The notes below the pieces were generated by a model, which saw nothing but the letters and a program-made list of their open reading frames with translations, made no database searches and was not told the DNA's origin. A program made the translations under genes and the position numbers. Positions 29,980 through 39,720 of a stretch of DNA of 64,000 nucleotides are shown here, in pieces; the stretch's first letter is position 1; the number at the start of each line of letters is the position of its first letter. Origin of the DNA: Synergistaceae bacterium (GTDB taxonomy: Bacteria; Synergistota; Synergistia; Synergistales; Acetomicrobiaceae); contig JAAYTM010000107.1 in assembly GCA_012518015.1 (NCBI GenBank), forward strand, positions 11,862-75,861. The letters run 5' to 3'.

Positions 29980-30044
29980 GCCAAATCACCTCTCCTTTTT
30001 TTAAATTTAAATTATGATCGTGTGTTCACACATATATTGTATAT

Positions 30045-30073
30045 ATTATAGCTTATTGGATTGGTTATTTCGA
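30045..30073 (-). promoter_or_regulatory. Putative sigma70 promoter of rsfS
   Basis: TCGAAA-17 nt-TATAAT on the - strand. Confidence 0.45.
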
Positions 30074-30091
30074 TTGTCATTGTCTTGGTGG

Positions 30092-31381
30092 TCATTGAAC
30101 GCCTTGCATCTGGCTTTCTAATCGAGCAAAAATGGATTTGTAATCATGTCCTATAATGATCGTAAGGTAGGATGATCCATCGCTTGGCTTTATTAGATTA
30201 TTTGGAATCCCCAGGAGTTTGCCAAGCATTTTAGCTTCATTGTCCAAGTTTCGAGGATGCAAGATAGAGGTGTAATGATAGTCGAAATGTCTTGCATTGC
30301 TTTTGTAGGCTATGTCTATACCATAACGTTGTAATAAGTCAGCTAGTTGCGTCGCCAATTTGGGAGTTCCATCACCGTTAAGAATGGTAACTCTGCTTGT
30401 TATGCTTTGGGCTATTGTCATTCTGTCGATTGTTGGAGCTTCGGCAGTTTCTCTGGATTGCCCTGATGACACTACTCCATTCGTTTGAGCATTCACTGTT
30501 TCTGTGGGTTCAGATTCGCTGGGAGGTGTGGAAAGTATTGCCAAAGCCCTGTTCACGTCTCCCAGCCAATAGCTAACTCCCGATAAAACCGCGGGCTTAC
30601 CCGGCAGGGTAAAAAACCTTATGTTATCAGACGATACGTCTTTGAAATACATCGCTAATTTTAGCGCCTCCTCCACTGGCAAGTCCGTTTGAACGGTTTG
30701 CAGAAGTTCCTTGAGCAAGAGGGGCATTTTAGCGCTTATAGCTTGATCGAATATTTTTTGAAGCAAGGCATTCATAAACTGTTGTTGCCTTTTGATCCTT
30801 CCTATATCTCCTAAAGCGTCATGTCGAAATCTGACGAACTTCAATGCCGTTTCTCCATCCATGTGTTGTAACCCTTTGGGAATATCGATATAAAGTCCGG
30901 CGGCCCTGTCTGCATACTGGAGCCTTTTTTCGACATAAATGTCTACTCCGCCTAGCATGTCCACTATCTTAGGAAACGTACTGTAATCAAGCTCGATATG
31001 GTAATGAATGGGCATTCCAAGGTAATTTATGAGGGTCCTGCTGAGCAAATTTATACCTCCATAGGGATAGGCGTGGTTTATTTTGTTCCAGCCGTGACCC
31101 GGAATTTGAACTCTTGTATCTCTTGGAATAGATAACACTTGAACGCTTTTATTGTCGATATCCAATACTGTAAAAAGAATTGTATCAGGGCGTTGTGAAT
31201 TTTCGGTATCATCCTTTCCGATAATACATATATTTATCTTGCCAGTTCGTTCATCGTGGCGCACTGTTCCTTTGATTGATTCTAGGTTGGGCGCGAAGTA
31301 GCTGTGAAGACGTACGTAAGCTCCTCCGATAGTTGCAATGACTAAGGCTAATACCAAGAGAGCAATTCGTGATTTAGTCAA
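30092..31381 (-). CDS. LCP (LytR-CpsA-Psr) family protein with LytR C-terminal domain
   Basis: N-terminal TM, SIPRDT, KINHAY, FVRFRH, GDIGRIKRQQ; C-terminal ILNGDG...IIIGHD. Confidence 0.92.
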   Translation of the reverse strand: MTKSRIALLVLALVIATIGGAYVRLHSYFAPNLESIKGTVRHDERTGKINICIIGKDDTENSQRPDTILFTVLDIDNKSVQVLSIPRDTRVQIPGHGWNKINHAYPYGGINLLSRTLINYLGMPIHYHIELDYSTFPKIVDMLGGVDIYVEKRLQYADRAAGLYIDIPKGLQHMDGETALKFVRFRHDALGDIGRIKRQQQFMNALLQKIFDQAISAKMPLLLKELLQTVQTDLPVEEALKLAMYFKDVSSDNIRFFTLPGKPAVLSGVSYWLGDVNRALAILSTPPSESEPTETVNAQTNGVVSSGQSRETAEAPTIDRMTIAQSITSRVTILNGDGTPKLATQLADLLQRYGIDIAYKSNARHFDYHYTSILHPRNLDNEAKMLGKLLGIPNNLIKPSDGSSYLTIIIGHDYKSIFARLESQMQGVQ

Positions 31382-31387
31382 AGGGGG

Positions 31388-32026
31388 TCACCTTCCCTCT
31401 AGAGAATAAAGGTTTTTCTTGTAAATATAGTGTTCGACGGTCCAAGGCAAAAAGTATCTGATGCTCTGGCCAGCAGCGATGCGTCGTCTTATTTCTGTGC
31501 TCGAGATGGCTAACAAAGGAATTTCAAGCGGTATGACAGCTTCTCTGATATCCTCGGGTAAAGACTCTAGTTGCGAGATGTTATAACCCGGCCTAGAGGC
31601 GGCCACAATGTGAGCTATTTTTGCTATTTCAGAGGGTTCTTTCCATGAGGTCATTTGCAACACTGCATCTATCCCGGTTATGAAAAAGAACTCTACTTCT
31701 TTGGGCAAATACCAATGTCTCATTTCTCGCAACGTATCGATGGTGTGTGATGTGCCTTCACGTTCTATTTCGATTTTAGAAATTTTAAAATGAGGATTAT
31801 CAACTATGGCCATACAGGTCATAATATAGCGATCCTCTGCCGGAGTTACCATCTTAAATTTTTTATGGGGAGGATTTCCAGTAGGTACGAAGATCACCTC
31901 TGAGAGGTTTAAGGAGGTGTATGCCTCCTCTGCAACCACCAAATGGCCGAAGTGAATGGGATCAAAGGTCCCCCCCATGATTCCTACTTTTGTCCTACTC
32001 ATAAAATTTGAGCGTATTTGAGGCAA
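31388..32026 (-). CDS. nadD: Nicotinate-nucleotide adenylyltransferase
   Basis: GGTFDPIHFGH, PPHK, ISSTEIR motifs. Confidence 0.96.
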   Translation of the reverse strand: MPQIRSNFMSRTKVGIMGGTFDPIHFGHLVVAEEAYTSLNLSEVIFVPTGNPPHKKFKMVTPAEDRYIMTCMAIVDNPHFKISKIEIEREGTSHTIDTLREMRHWYLPKEVEFFFITGIDAVLQMTSWKEPSEIAKIAHIVAASRPGYNISQLESLPEDIREAVIPLEIPLLAISSTEIRRRIAAGQSIRYFLPWTVEHYIYKKNLYSLEGR

Positions 32027-32044
32027 GGCGGCACCCCCTCTTTT

Positions 32045-33337
32045 TTATTCGATGTCTGGTTTATACTCGAACTCCAATTCCCCTATATAAACCGTGTCGC
32101 CGTCTTTAGCACCCATCTTGGCCAGTGATTCTTCAACTCCTAATCGAGCTATGATTTTGCTAAAACGTATAATCGCTTCATCTTGGCTAAAGTCGTATCT
32201 ACTAGCCATCTCCTCAAGGTATTGATTAACTACCCTAAATTTACCCTCGCCGAGAGGTTCGATTTCAATTTCTGAAGGTCGTAAAATACGTCCTCTCACT
32301 GCGTGTTTAAGAGGATAAAGCCTTTGCCTGCCTACCGAGTCTAAATTCGAAAGGTTTTGCAAAAGTAAAGAAGAAAGTTTGTCAATTCCTTGTCTTGTGA
32401 TGGCGCTAGTAAAACAGACTTCTTGCTCGATTTTCTTCGCCCATTGAGTTACTTGCTCAAGAAAAGAAGAATCATTAACTAAGTCGGTTTTATTAGCAAT
32501 CAACATGGATGGTTTTTTTAATATCTCCGGGTTGTAGTTAATTATTTCTTTCTGCAAAACGTTCCACTGTTTGTTTAAATCCTCAATTGAATTACTAGAT
32601 AAATCTATGACGTACAGAATTAATTTTGTTCGTTCTATGTGTCTCAAAAACAATAAACCTAGGCCTTTATTTTCAGAGGCACCGTCTATTAGGCCAGGAA
32701 TATCGGCCAAGGTTATGCGTTTTTCTCCCAATTGCAAGACGCCCAGGTTAGGGTTTAGGGTTGTAAATGGGTAACTACCTATCTTTGGCCTAGCGCTGGA
32801 TAGACAAGCCAATAGACTTGACTTTCCCACATTAGGAAGACCTACAATCCCGACGTCGGCTAGTATTTTAAGCTCTAAGATTAAGTGCCTGGATTGCCCA
32901 GTTTCTCCTTTTTCCGAAAACCGAGGGGCTTGGTTCGTTGATGTGGCAAAGGTCGCATTGCCCCTGCCCCCCCTACCTCCAAGGGCAACGAGCAATGTGT
33001 CTCCTGGTTCTACCAAGTCGCCCAAGGGCTCACCGGTTTCGGCATCCCAAACTATCGTTCCGCAAGGAACCTCAATTATTAAATCTTCGCCATCCTTGCC
33101 GGATTGGTTTGCTCTTCGCCCCTCTTCCCCTGATTGCGCCTTAAACTGCGTCTTATAAGTAAAATCCTCTAGGGTTTGTAACCTGTCCGTTGCTTTAATG
33201 TAAACGTTTCCCCCTCTTCCTCCGTTTCCGCCATCTGGGCCACCTTTTGGGATATATTTTTCTCTCCTAAAGCTCATGCATCCGTTGCCACCACGACCTG
33301 CATGAACATTTATTTCAGCTCTATCAATGAACTTCAA
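32045..33337 (-). CDS. obgE: GTPase Obg/CgtA with C-terminal extension domain
   Basis: GGPDGGNGG, GLPNVGKSS, YPFTTL, DIPGLI, NKTD motifs. Confidence 0.97.
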   Translation of the reverse strand: MKFIDRAEINVHAGRGGNGCMSFRREKYIPKGGPDGGNGGRGGNVYIKATDRLQTLEDFTYKTQFKAQSGEEGRRANQSGKDGEDLIIEVPCGTIVWDAETGEPLGDLVEPGDTLLVALGGRGGRGNATFATSTNQAPRFSEKGETGQSRHLILELKILADVGIVGLPNVGKSSLLACLSSARPKIGSYPFTTLNPNLGVLQLGEKRITLADIPGLIDGASENKGLGLLFLRHIERTKLILYVIDLSSNSIEDLNKQWNVLQKEIINYNPEILKKPSMLIANKTDLVNDSSFLEQVTQWAKKIEQEVCFTSAITRQGIDKLSSLLLQNLSNLDSVGRQRLYPLKHAVRGRILRPSEIEIEPLGEGKFRVVNQYLEEMASRYDFSQDEAIIRFSKIIARLGVEESLAKMGAKDGDTVYIGELEFEYKPDIE

Positions 33338-33362
33338 TTCGCATCACCTGTATACCTGCAAT

Positions 33363-33399
33363 AGAATAGGGACCCCCACATATAATAGGCCCCTATTCC
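33363..33399 (-). terminator. Hairpin between rpmA and obg (weak U-tract; terminator or attenuating stem)
   Basis: GGAATAGGGGCC-13 nt-GGTCCCTATTCT on the - strand. Confidence 0.5.
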
Positions 33400-33426
33400 A
33401 GCATTCGCCACTCCACTACTCTATTG

Positions 33427-33702
33427 TTAGTCAACAGGAATAACACTGACGTACTTTCTATTTTTCTTATTCTCAAACTTCACTAGCCCCGTTGTGAGTG
33501 CGAAAAGTGTATGGTCCTTTCCCATCCCAACATTTTGGCCTGGATGTACTTTAGTACCACGTTGGCGAATAATTATGCTCCCCGGGCTGACGATTTGCCC
33601 GCCAAACCTTTTTACTCCGAGCCTCTTGCCGACGCTATCGCGGCCGTTTTGGCTGCTACCTTGCCCTTTTTTGTGAGCAAATAGCTGTATATTGAATTTC
33701 AA
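33427..33702 (-). CDS. rpmA: 50S ribosomal protein L27 with Prp-cleaved N-terminal extension
   Basis: [23 protein letters not shown]. Confidence 0.97.
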   Translation of the reverse strand: MKFNIQLFAHKKGQGSSQNGRDSVGKRLGVKRFGGQIVSPGSIIIRQRGTKVHPGQNVGMGKDHTLFALTTGLVKFENKKNRKYVSVIPVD

Positions 33703-34034
33703 CTTTTATTCACCTCCACAATGTGTACATACTTTGGGTATGCCCCGGCGATGTACTTTAAGCTTTTAAGTATGGTATTTATGACTGCCCTTGCCCTATC
33801 GTCGCTCATGTTTTTTTCCTTCCAAAGGATCGAAAACTTGGGAATCTCATCGTTTATCTCAGAAGTTATATCGCATATACCTATTACTTCCTTTAATCCT
33901 AAGAGTAAAGCATACATCAACGTCGATACCGCTGCGCAAACGATGTCCTCGCCTTCAGGTGCATATCCGCTGTGACCCTTGACTTCAATGGATAGGGGTC
34001 CCTTTTTGCCCATCAATACGCTAATTTCAATCAT
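33699..34034 (-). CDS. prp: Ribosomal-processing cysteine protease Prp
   Basis: GHSGY...DIVCAAVS motif; lies between rplU and rpmA. Confidence 0.93.
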   Translation of the reverse strand: MIEISVLMGKKGPLSIEVKGHSGYAPEGEDIVCAAVSTLMYALLLGLKEVIGICDITSEINDEIPKFSILWKEKNMSDDRARAVINTILKSLKYIAGAYPKYVHIVEVNKS

Positions 34035-34348
34035 TAATATTTCACGGATAAGATTTCGATCTCTGAGTAGGGTTGACGGTGGCTCTTGAATCTTTGATAG
34101 TTCCTTTTGTTCTTGAACTTAAATACTGTAACCTTCTTACCTTTGCCGTGTGCCTTGATGGACGCTTCGACGCGAGCTCCTGGGATTGTGGGATTACCAA
34201 CCTTTACCCCTTGATCGTCGGATATCATTAGCACACCGTCAAGTTCAACTACATCGCCTGGTTTTCCCTCAATCTTTTCGATCTTCAATATGTCCCCTGG
34301 TGAGACGCGGTATTGCTTTCCTCCTGTTTCTATAATAGCGTAAGTCAA
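34034..34348 (-). CDS. rplU: 50S ribosomal protein L21 (start refined to TTG 34348)
   Basis: YAIIETGGKQYRV, HRQPYS motifs; AGGAGG RBS. Confidence 0.97.
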   Translation of the reverse strand: MTYAIIETGGKQYRVSPGDILKIEKIEGKPGDVVELDGVLMISDDQGVKVGNPTIPGARVEASIKAHGKGKKVTVFKFKNKRNYQRFKSHRQPYSEIEILSVKY

Positions 34349-34362
34349 TGTTTTTTGCCTCC

Positions 34363-34424
34363 TCTCGCTGAGCATTTCGGGCGGCAATTGCCTTAAAAAG
34401 CCCGTCTCAAGCGGTTATTGCCAC
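34363..34424 (-). ncRNA. L21-leader-like structured 5' UTR
   Basis: AACCGC...GCGAG ends; outer stem CGCU(U)GAG/CUCAGCG, inner stem CGGGC/GCCCG, abutting the rplU RBS. Confidence 0.6.
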
Positions 34425-34457
34425 TTTATATTCGATATATTCGATTGGGACTCATGC

Positions 34458-34486
34458 ATTTTAAACAAGAAGGCCCTTGAAGTCAA
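34458..34486 (-). promoter_or_regulatory. sigma70 promoter of rplU-prp-rpmA
   Basis: TTGACT-17 nt-TAAAAT on the - strand. Confidence 0.75.
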
Positions 34487-34497
34487 TAACAAAAGTC

Positions 34498-36162
34498 TTA
34501 TTCATCATCTTTTTTGCGCAAATTTAACAACTGCATGGCATGGGCAATGGCCTCTCTTATCTCGCTCGTTCCAGATAACATGCGTGCAATTTCCTGTACT
34601 CTTTCTTCGTCGTTTAGCTCCTTGACGTACGATTCCTCGCCCTCCTTCGTGACGCGAAAATGTTGATCCGCAAGGGAGGCTATAGTGGCTTCATGTGTAA
34701 TGAGGATGATTTGGCATTTGGTTGAAAGCTCTTTGAGTTTAAGTCCGGTGAGCAAGGCGGCTTTACCGCCCAGTCCTGCTTCTACTTCGTCTACTACCAG
34801 AAGTTTTGGCAGGACTTCTTCGGGAAGCGCCATCTGCAGCGCTAATAATATGCGACTTAGCTCGCCGCCCGAAGCCACTTTAGATATAGGTGCAGGAAGA
34901 TTATTATCTGTCTCTATCATGAAACTAACGGTTTCTGCTCCATTTGCGCGAACCTTTTTCATTTCCTCGATATATACAGTGAGCCTTGTACTTTCCATGC
35001 CCAGGTCCCTTAAGTGTGAATTGACTGTTTCCTCCAATTGTTTGGCTATTTCAGTTCTTAAAGATCGTAAGTCAAGAGCATGTTGACTCACGTCCTTTTT
35101 TAATTTGTTTAATTTTTCTTTCAGGGTCTCGATCTCTGCAAGGCTTTCTGACAACCAAGATATTTCCCTTTCTGCGGCGGTATAGTATTCGACGAGCTCT
35201 TCCATAGTGGAAACACGGGCTATGCGTTTGCACTTCCTTAAGCCGCCAAGCTTGGATTCGAGTTCTTCATGTCTTCTTTTTAACTCTTCAAGCGATGTCT
35301 TACTTGAAATAAGTTCTCTAATCTGACGTATTAACTGCTGCAAAGCCATTAAAACGCTTTGACTCGTTCGTTCAATGTCTTCATTTGATGAATCTAATAC
35401 CGACTTAAGTTGCAAAGATATGTTCTCCAGTTCTCCTTCAAGTCCGCTTGATGCCATTCCTCCCTCAAGGACAATCAATATACTTTCAAGTTCTTCTCTT
35501 CTGCTTATTGCTTCTTTTACAATCCTTAATTCATTTTCCCACTCGTATTCGCTGGAAAGAGAAGGATTCAATTCTTTTAGCAACTGGATTAGCTCCACTG
35601 CTCCATTGTAACGCTCTTCAACCCTCTTTCTTTTTCGATAAAGGTCCTGGATCTTTCTTTCCATTTCTACGGCTTTGTGAAAAATATCTGCCAAGGCCAT
35701 CTTTTTTTGCAATAACTTTACGCCACCATAACTATCAAGTAAGTCCAGTTGATTGTTTTCATCAAGTAAGTCTAGTTGGGAGAACTGACTTTGTACGTGC
35801 ATGAAATGTGTCATTGCGCTCGATAATACATTTAAGGGGACGACATGTCCTTGGATGTAGGATTTGCTCCTACCTTCTGATGTAACGACGCGTTTTACGA
35901 CCCATACTCCCTCTTGTGGCTGAAGTTCTTCGGGAAGAGAAGGAATGTGATCCGCTAAAAAAGCTCCTTCCACCTCGCCTAACGCTTCGCCTACACGCAA
36001 GTAGCTAACTTGGGCTCTTTTGCCTGCTAGTAACTCCAATGCCCGAACCAGGCTACTCTTACCTGCACCGCTTTCACCTGTGACGGCAGTGAAGTTGCCT
36101 TGAAGTTTTAGGGAGGCAGTGGTTATACCCCCTATATTTTTCACGTGAAGTTCCTCTAGCAC
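34498..36162 (-). CDS. recN: DNA repair protein RecN
   Basis: TGESGAGKS, ASGGELSR, DEVEAGLGG, EIARMLSG motifs; central coiled coil. Confidence 0.95.
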   Translation of the reverse strand: MLEELHVKNIGGITTASLKLQGNFTAVTGESGAGKSSLVRALELLAGKRAQVSYLRVGEALGEVEGAFLADHIPSLPEELQPQEGVWVVKRVVTSEGRSKSYIQGHVVPLNVLSSAMTHFMHVQSQFSQLDLLDENNQLDLLDSYGGVKLLQKKMALADIFHKAVEMERKIQDLYRKRKRVEERYNGAVELIQLLKELNPSLSSEYEWENELRIVKEAISRREELESILIVLEGGMASSGLEGELENISLQLKSVLDSSNEDIERTSQSVLMALQQLIRQIRELISSKTSLEELKRRHEELESKLGGLRKCKRIARVSTMEELVEYYTAAEREISWLSESLAEIETLKEKLNKLKKDVSQHALDLRSLRTEIAKQLEETVNSHLRDLGMESTRLTVYIEEMKKVRANGAETVSFMIETDNNLPAPISKVASGGELSRILLALQMALPEEVLPKLLVVDEVEAGLGGKAALLTGLKLKELSTKCQIILITHEATIASLADQHFRVTKEGEESYVKELNDEERVQEIARMLSGTSEIREAIAHAMQLLNLRKKDDE

Positions 36163-36165
36163 TTA

Positions 36166-37044
36166 CTATTCCTCCTCGGTTTGGCGAATGCGCATGTTAC
36201 CCCACTGCAGCTTTTCTCTCAGAAGGTCGAAGTAGTTATCTTCGGGCAGTTCTATGGTTAAAACGTTTTTGTCCTCAGCAAGCGATATATCGATCCTGTC
36301 TTTGACCATAAGTTCGTAGCCCAATTGGCCATCTTGAGTGAGATATATCTCTTTTTGATCGCTTTTGGGTATCAGGGAAATCATATCATCGGGTCCTAGG
36401 ACCAAAGTCCTCGCGTATAAAGTGTGTGGACATATAGGAACCATAACCATTGCATCTACGTGAGGCGGTAAAATTGGTCCTCCTGCCGACAGCGCGTATG
36501 CTGTCGAGCCAGTAGGTGTTGATATTATAATGCCATCTGCTGGCAGCAAACTCAAAAAGTAGTCATTTACCCGTGATTCCACCTCTATCAGTCGAGCCAA
36601 CGGGCCTTTAGTAACAACCAGATCATTTAATGCGTACAACACATGAACAAGATTGCCTTTACGCGTAACGCTTCCCTTCAGCACCCTGCGTTTCTGGATT
36701 CTATATTCGCCAGATAAAATTCTTTCAACTTCTTCCTCAGCCTTTTCGGGATCACCGGTCACCAAAAAACCAAGGCGACCTGCGTTGATGCCATACAAAG
36801 GAATATTGTAGTCCATCACCATGCGGGCAGCCCTTAAGAACGTCCCATCTCCTCCAAGAACTACCCCGAATTTGACCGAGTCAGACGGCGAGCTCCAATC
36901 ATATTCAGGTAGTCCAAGCAGGGCTGACTCGTGAGAAGGTGCCACGAAGTTGACACCTTTTTTCTGGCTCCATCCTATTAGCTTGTAAGCTAATTTTAAA
37001 GCTGCCGGTTTTCTAGTGTTTACTATCAAAAGGATTTGATTCAC
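36166..37044 (-). CDS. nadK: NAD kinase
   Basis: GGDGT, GRLGFL, ALND, STPTGSTAYALSAGG motifs. Confidence 0.96.
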   Translation of the reverse strand: MNQILLIVNTRKPAALKLAYKLIGWSQKKGVNFVAPSHESALLGLPEYDWSSPSDSVKFGVVLGGDGTFLRAARMVMDYNIPLYGINAGRLGFLVTGDPEKAEEEVERILSGEYRIQKRRVLKGSVTRKGNLVHVLYALNDLVVTKGPLARLIEVESRVNDYFLSLLPADGIIISTPTGSTAYALSAGGPILPPHVDAMVMVPICPHTLYARTLVLGPDDMISLIPKSDQKEIYLTQDGQLGYELMVKDRIDISLAEDKNVLTIELPEDNYFDLLREKLQWGNMRIRQTEEE

Positions 37045-37055
37045 TGGCTTCCCTC

Positions 37056-37859
37056 CTAAGTGAGCTCGAAGTGGGCAGCATTGACAACTTCCATGAAATT
37101 TAAGGGAAGAGGATCCTTGGGCTTAGCTGTTGCATGCAAGAGAAATTCGATATTGCCCTTGGGACCTTTAATGGGCGAGTGAGTTAATCCAACCACATTT
37201 AACGGTGGAATATTCGTAACGTAGCATACAACATCCTTTAATACCTTCTCGTGCAACAAGGGGTCAGCTACGACGCCTCCTCTTCCAACATATTTCCTTC
37301 CTATTTCGAATTGAGGCTTTATAAGGGCCAGGATATCTCCTCTGGCGGACAGTAATTTTGCCAATACCGGTATTATTAGTTTTAATGAGATGAAGGAAAC
37401 ATCAACAACGATTAAATCGGCTTCCTCATCGAAATCCTCTTTGCTCAGATATCTTGCGTTTGTTTTTTCGCGTACTATAACACGTTTGTCTTGTCTCAAT
37501 GTCCACGCTAACTGCCCATAACCCACGTCAATGGCATAAACTTTTTTGGCGCCTCTCTCAAGTAGTACTTGCGTAAAACCACCAGTGGATGCCCCAACGT
37601 CGAAGCATATCGCATCTTTTGGATCTACATCGAAACAATCTAATGCCTTGAGGAGTTTGTAAGCACCTCTGCTTACCCATTTATCCTGTTGGATTATCTC
37701 CAATTGTGAAGCTACATTGACCTGCGTGCCTGCTTTAGCGACAACTTTCCCATCAACCTTTACTTTTCCGGCTAATATCAGGGCTATTGCTTTGTTCCTG
37801 CTATTCACAAAACCTCGTTCGATCAACAGTTTATCGAGACGCTGTTTTGAGATGCTCAC
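37056..37859 (-). CDS. tlyA: TlyA family rRNA 2'-O-methyltransferase
   Basis: S4-like N-terminus; VSRGAYKL, DVGASTGGFT, DVSFISL, KPQFE motifs. Confidence 0.94.
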   Translation of the reverse strand: MSISKQRLDKLLIERGFVNSRNKAIALILAGKVKVDGKVVAKAGTQVNVASQLEIIQQDKWVSRGAYKLLKALDCFDVDPKDAICFDVGASTGGFTQVLLERGAKKVYAIDVGYGQLAWTLRQDKRVIVREKTNARYLSKEDFDEEADLIVVDVSFISLKLIIPVLAKLLSARGDILALIKPQFEIGRKYVGRGGVVADPLLHEKVLKDVVCYVTNIPPLNVVGLTHSPIKGPKGNIEFLLHATAKPKDPLPLNFMEVVNAAHFELT

Positions 37860-39717
37860 TTACTCTTTTCACCACCTCATTGCTGCTAAGCCCGACATGT
37901 TGCAGCTGCTCGTCTCTCGTTCCATGTGGAACGTAGGTGTCAGGCACGGCCAAATGAATCCACTGCAAGTCTTTATTTTCTTTGAAAGCAAGGCAGGACA
38001 ATTGCTCGCCTGCTCCGCCGATTGCGTACTCTTCTTCTGCCATTACAGCTAAAGAATGTGCAGCAAATAATTCCTTTAATGTCTTCAAATCCAGCGGTTT
38101 TATGAACCTTAGATCAACCACAGTTGATTCAAATCCTAAGGTTTTTCTAATCTCTTCGCTAGATTCTAATAACATCGGAATGGTACTTCCATATCCTATT
38201 AAAAGAACTTCTTCTCCTTCGCGCAAAACCTCGGCCTTGAGCCATTGCGATGGAAGGCCTTCTTTTTTTCTTGCCAGGGATCTCGGCGCTTCACCCTTGG
38301 GGTATCTTATTATACCTGGGCTATCGCAGTTCTCAATAAGGCATGTGAACATGTACTCTAAGTCCACCACATCTCTGGGTGAGGCGATAATGAGTCCTGG
38401 AATGGATTTACACCACGGGACGTCAAGTAATCCTTGATGGGTTTCGCCATCCTCACCTACTAATCCGGATCTGTCGAGGGCTATGATGACCGGAAACCCC
38501 TGCATGGCTATATCGTGACAAAGTTGATCCATAGCTCGTTGTAAGAAAGTAGAATAAATGAACACTATGGGTTGCATCCCCCCCGCCGCTAATCCGGCGG
38601 CATAGGTTAGCAAGTGTTCTTCTGCGATGCCGACATCGAAAAATCTGTTTGGAAACCTTTTCTTGAAATCGGATAAACTGCATCCCTCTTCCATTGCTGC
38701 GGTGAGGCAAAGGATCTTATTGTTTTTCTCGGCCAATTTTTCCGCACACTTGGCAGTAGCTTTGCTCCATGAAATAGAATCCTCGGGAGAATCTAAAGAA
38801 GTTGTTGTCTTCGGTGATACTCCATGGTATTTAGTCGGGTCTTTTTCGGCGGGTTCATAACCTTTACCTTTTTCGGTTATCACGTGTATTAAAACGGATT
38901 CATCAAATACCTTTGCCAATTTAAAGACTTCTTCAAGTTCTTCAAGGTTGTGGCCATTAAAAGGGCCCCAATAATTAATTCCCAGGGCTTCGAACATGTT
39001 AATCGGCTGAAACATGGTCTTTACCTGATATTTCAATCTCTTTAGGGCATCTTCAATTAAAGCGCCACCCAGAGGCAAGCTTTTGCAAGCTAGTTTTATC
39101 GCTTCCTTTGCTCGTTTGTAGGAAGGATTAGTGCTTATGTGACTTAAGTGTTTAGCAACTCCTCCAATCGGAACGTTGATGGACATTTTATTGTCATTTA
39201 AAATGATTATTAATTTTGTCTTAAGCTCGCCAATTTGATTTAAGGCCTCAAGGGATGTACCGTTTGAGATTGAAGCATCTCCTACGACAGCTATTACGTC
39301 GTGTTTTTGGCTTAGCAGATCACGAGCCTTTGCGTAACCTATTGCAGCAGAAATGGAGGTACCAGCATGCCCTGTATTGAAATGATCGCATGGACTCTCT
39401 TCCCTCTTTGGGAAACCGCTTATACCGCCCCATTGCCTGAGCGTGTGAAAGTTGCTTTTGCGCCCCGTAAGTATCTTGTAAGCGTAACTTTGGTGGCCAA
39501 CATCAAATATTATCTTGTCCTTCATTGGGTCAAAGACAGACAGCAGCGCAATGATCAACTCTACTGCTCCTAAAGATGATGCTAAGTGTCCTCCATTTTT
39601 TGTTACAACTTCTATTATCATATGCCTGATCTCATTACAGAGTCGAAGCTTCTCTGTGTATCTTAATCTTTGAAGGTCTTTATAATCCGTAATTTTATTT
39701 AAATACATATAGGTCAA
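37831..39717 (-). CDS. dxs: 1-deoxy-D-xylulose-5-phosphate synthase
   Basis: GGHLASSLG, DVGHQSY, GIAEEH, DGETHQG, RYPKG motifs. Confidence 0.97.
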   Translation of the reverse strand: MTYMYLNKITDYKDLQRLRYTEKLRLCNEIRHMIIEVVTKNGGHLASSLGAVELIIALLSVFDPMKDKIIFDVGHQSYAYKILTGRKSNFHTLRQWGGISGFPKREESPCDHFNTGHAGTSISAAIGYAKARDLLSQKHDVIAVVGDASISNGTSLEALNQIGELKTKLIIILNDNKMSINVPIGGVAKHLSHISTNPSYKRAKEAIKLACKSLPLGGALIEDALKRLKYQVKTMFQPINMFEALGINYWGPFNGHNLEELEEVFKLAKVFDESVLIHVITEKGKGYEPAEKDPTKYHGVSPKTTTSLDSPEDSISWSKATAKCAEKLAEKNNKILCLTAAMEEGCSLSDFKKRFPNRFFDVGIAEEHLLTYAAGLAAGGMQPIVFIYSTFLQRAMDQLCHDIAMQGFPVIIALDRSGLVGEDGETHQGLLDVPWCKSIPGLIIASPRDVVDLEYMFTCLIENCDSPGIIRYPKGEAPRSLARKKEGLPSQWLKAEVLREGEEVLLIGYGSTIPMLLESSEEIRKTLGFESTVVDLRFIKPLDLKTLKELFAAHSLAVMAEEEYAIGGAGEQLSCLAFKENKDLQWIHLAVPDTYVPHGTRDEQLQHVGLSSNEVVKRVSEHLKTASR

Positions 39718-39720
39718 TCC

